DNA from: Candidatus Cloacimonadales bacterium
GTDB lineage: Bacteria; Cloacimonadota; Cloacimonadia; Cloacimonadales; JAFGVF01
Reading direction: 5' to 3'
Assembly: GCA_963667035.1 (NCBI GenBank)
Contig: OY762964.1
Span: 352,001 to 416,000, forward strand
Length of the DNA: 64,000 bases
In this document: positions 62,421 to 64,000 of the stretch, piece after piece
Position numbering within the stretch: the first letter of the stretch is position 1
How the letters are laid out: each line of letters starts with the position of its first letter
Notes under the pieces: model-generated
The model's input: only the letters and a program-made list of their open reading frames with translations
Told to the model about the DNA's origin: nothing
Databases searched by the model: none
Made by a program: the position numbers and the translations under genes

Positions 62421-64000
62421 AGACCGTTTACAAACCCAGTTATGAAAATGACTGGGTTTTTACATTGTAAGTTTATTTCTGATTAGTTGAGTACAATATC
62501 AGGATAATGAGATTTAGCTCTATATTCGTCTAAACCAGAGCATATATTAACATAAAAAGCTAATAACATTGATGCCACTTTCCCTGATATGCCATTGAAA
62601 AGGTATTTAACCAGTTTCTTTATGTTTTGAACTACTGATGTCATATATGCTTGTTCTCGAACTCGTTCTATACCTCGATATTTCGCATACCGATAACCAT
62701 GAAGTTGCTTTGCATTTGCAAAGCTTCTCTCAATGGTTTCTTTTCGTTTTTTGTATATCTCTTTGCCACAAAAGGTTAACCTGTTTTTATGGATAATCTC
62801 TCTACTGTCTTCCCATACATGACGCATGATAACTTTTTGATGGTTCTTGCTCTCGGTGCATTTGTTAAGCATTGGACAGTTTTTACAATAGCTACTCTCG
62901 GATGCATATTCATCATAACCGTTACGGTTTGTTGTTCGATATTTAAGCTCTTTCCCTTCTGGACAGATGTATATGTCTCTATCTGAAATGAACTTAAAAT
63001 CACGCTTCTTGAAAAGACCTTTTTTACCTCCAAGTCGACGATAACCTATTACTCCCATGATTCCCATATCTACTAATTCTTTGCATATATTAGCTGTATC
63101 ATACCCGGCATCAAGACCTACTGCCAGGACATCAAAACCAAAACGCTCTTGCTGCACTTTTAGCCTATCAATATAGCAAGAACTGTCATTCACATTGCCG
63201 GCGGTAATATGAACATCTGTTATGAAGTTTACTTTAGGATCTACGGTTCTATGATCAAGATAGAAGAAACCTTGTGGTTTCTTGTCTCGCGTCATGAAAC
63301 CACTGTCAGGATCTGTTTTACTAGACTTAATCTCTTTAACTTTGGGTGACGAACCGCCTTTAAAGTCATTGTCTTTAGGTGGGAGTGGCTTCTTACCGTG
63401 AGCTTTTCGGTTTTCATCCACTGTTTTATTTAGATCTTCAAGATAACTCTGAGGTGTGGTCTCTACTTTAATTGATTCATATTTGCCTTTATTAGCATTA
63501 GCTTTCAGATGAGTTGAATCGCTATAAAGAACCTTGCCATCTACCAAACCATTCTCGATACCAAGTTTTACAATATCAATGAAAATCTCTTCAAAAACAG
63601 TGCTATCAGTAAAGCGTCTGCGACGATTCTGGCTGAAGAGAGAATGACTCGGTATTTTATCAGTAAGCCCATACCCTAAGAACCAGCGATATGCTACATT
63701 GACCTGAATCTCTCTGATTAGTTGTCGCTCAGAACGGATACCAAATAGATAACCAATAAAAAGCATTTTGAAGAAAGTTATGGGATGCACTGGGGGACGA
63801 CCGTTGTCGGGGCAATACAAATGAGCAGTTCGGTCCATAATAAAACTAAAATCTATTACCCTGTCAATCTTGCGTAGAATATGATCTTCCGGGACAAGAT
63901 CATCTATTATTACAAATTCCATTTGGGACTGTGTGTCAGAAACTTTTTTAAGCATAACCACCTCTAATTATGATGGTTTAAGTATAAACTAAGGGGGTTT
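62421..64000 (-). mobile_element. IS1182-family insertion sequence (other end runs off the window)
   Basis: Candidate IR AGACCGTTTACAAACCC at 62421; the window ends in GGGGTTT, consistent with the start of the complementary IR. Confidence 0.75.
62483..63961 (-). CDS. IS1182-family DDE transposase
   Basis: 'LVPEDHILR', 'GIRSERQL..AYRWFLG', 'DSTHLKANA', 'TDPDSG', 'LDAGY', 'RKETIERSF'. Confidence 0.95.
   Translation of the reverse strand: MVMLKKVSDTQSQMEFVIIDDLVPEDHILRKIDRVIDFSFIMDRTAHLYCPDNGRPPVHPITFFKMLFIGYLFGIRSERQLIREIQVNVAYRWFLGYGLTDKIPSHSLFSQNRRRRFTDSTVFEEIFIDIVKLGIENGLVDGKVLYSDSTHLKANANKGKYESIKVETTPQSYLEDLNKTVDENRKAHGKKPLPPKDNDFKGGSSPKVKEIKSSKTDPDSGFMTRDKKPQGFFYLDHRTVDPKVNFITDVHITAGNVNDSSCYIDRLKVQQERFGFDVLAVGLDAGYDTANICKELVDMGIMGVIGYRRLGGKKGLFKKRDFKFISDRDIYICPEGKELKYRTTNRNGYDEYASESSYCKNCPMLNKCTESKNHQKVIMRHVWEDSREIIHKNRLTFCGKEIYKKRKETIERSFANAKQLHGYRYAKYRGIERVREQAYMTSVVQNIKKLVKYLFNGISGKVASMLLAFYVNICSGLDEYRAKSHYPDIVLN

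Overview
AT-rich bacterial chromosome segment. The 16S sequence, the many C-terminal sorting-domain proteins and kamDE suggest an anaerobic FCB-group organism, probably Candidatus Cloacimonadota (inferred, not searched). The backbone carries housekeeping genes (hisS, cls, ruvX, mltG, amt, polA, mazG, nnr, dapD), a 16S-23S-5S operon with no spacer tRNA, ovoA, an Orn/Lys decarboxylase and kamDE. The main accessory feature is a ~15 kb island bounded by tRNA-Lys(CTT) and a degenerate copy of its 3' half. It holds a type III-Dv-like CRISPR-Cas operon (HD-less Cas10, Cas7-Cas5-Cas11, Cas7-Cas7, Csx19, Cas7-insertion), a divergent CARF/HEPN-like effector, a Cas6-RT-Cas1 triple fusion and cas2. Two arrays flank the operon, with duplicated leaders and reciprocally swapped repeat variants. 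Also present: a RAYT-type Y1 transposase within six covarying three-hairpin REP units, an internally deleted IS3, an IS1182 running off the window end, and several intergenic elements built from 11-nt-phased inverted motifs.
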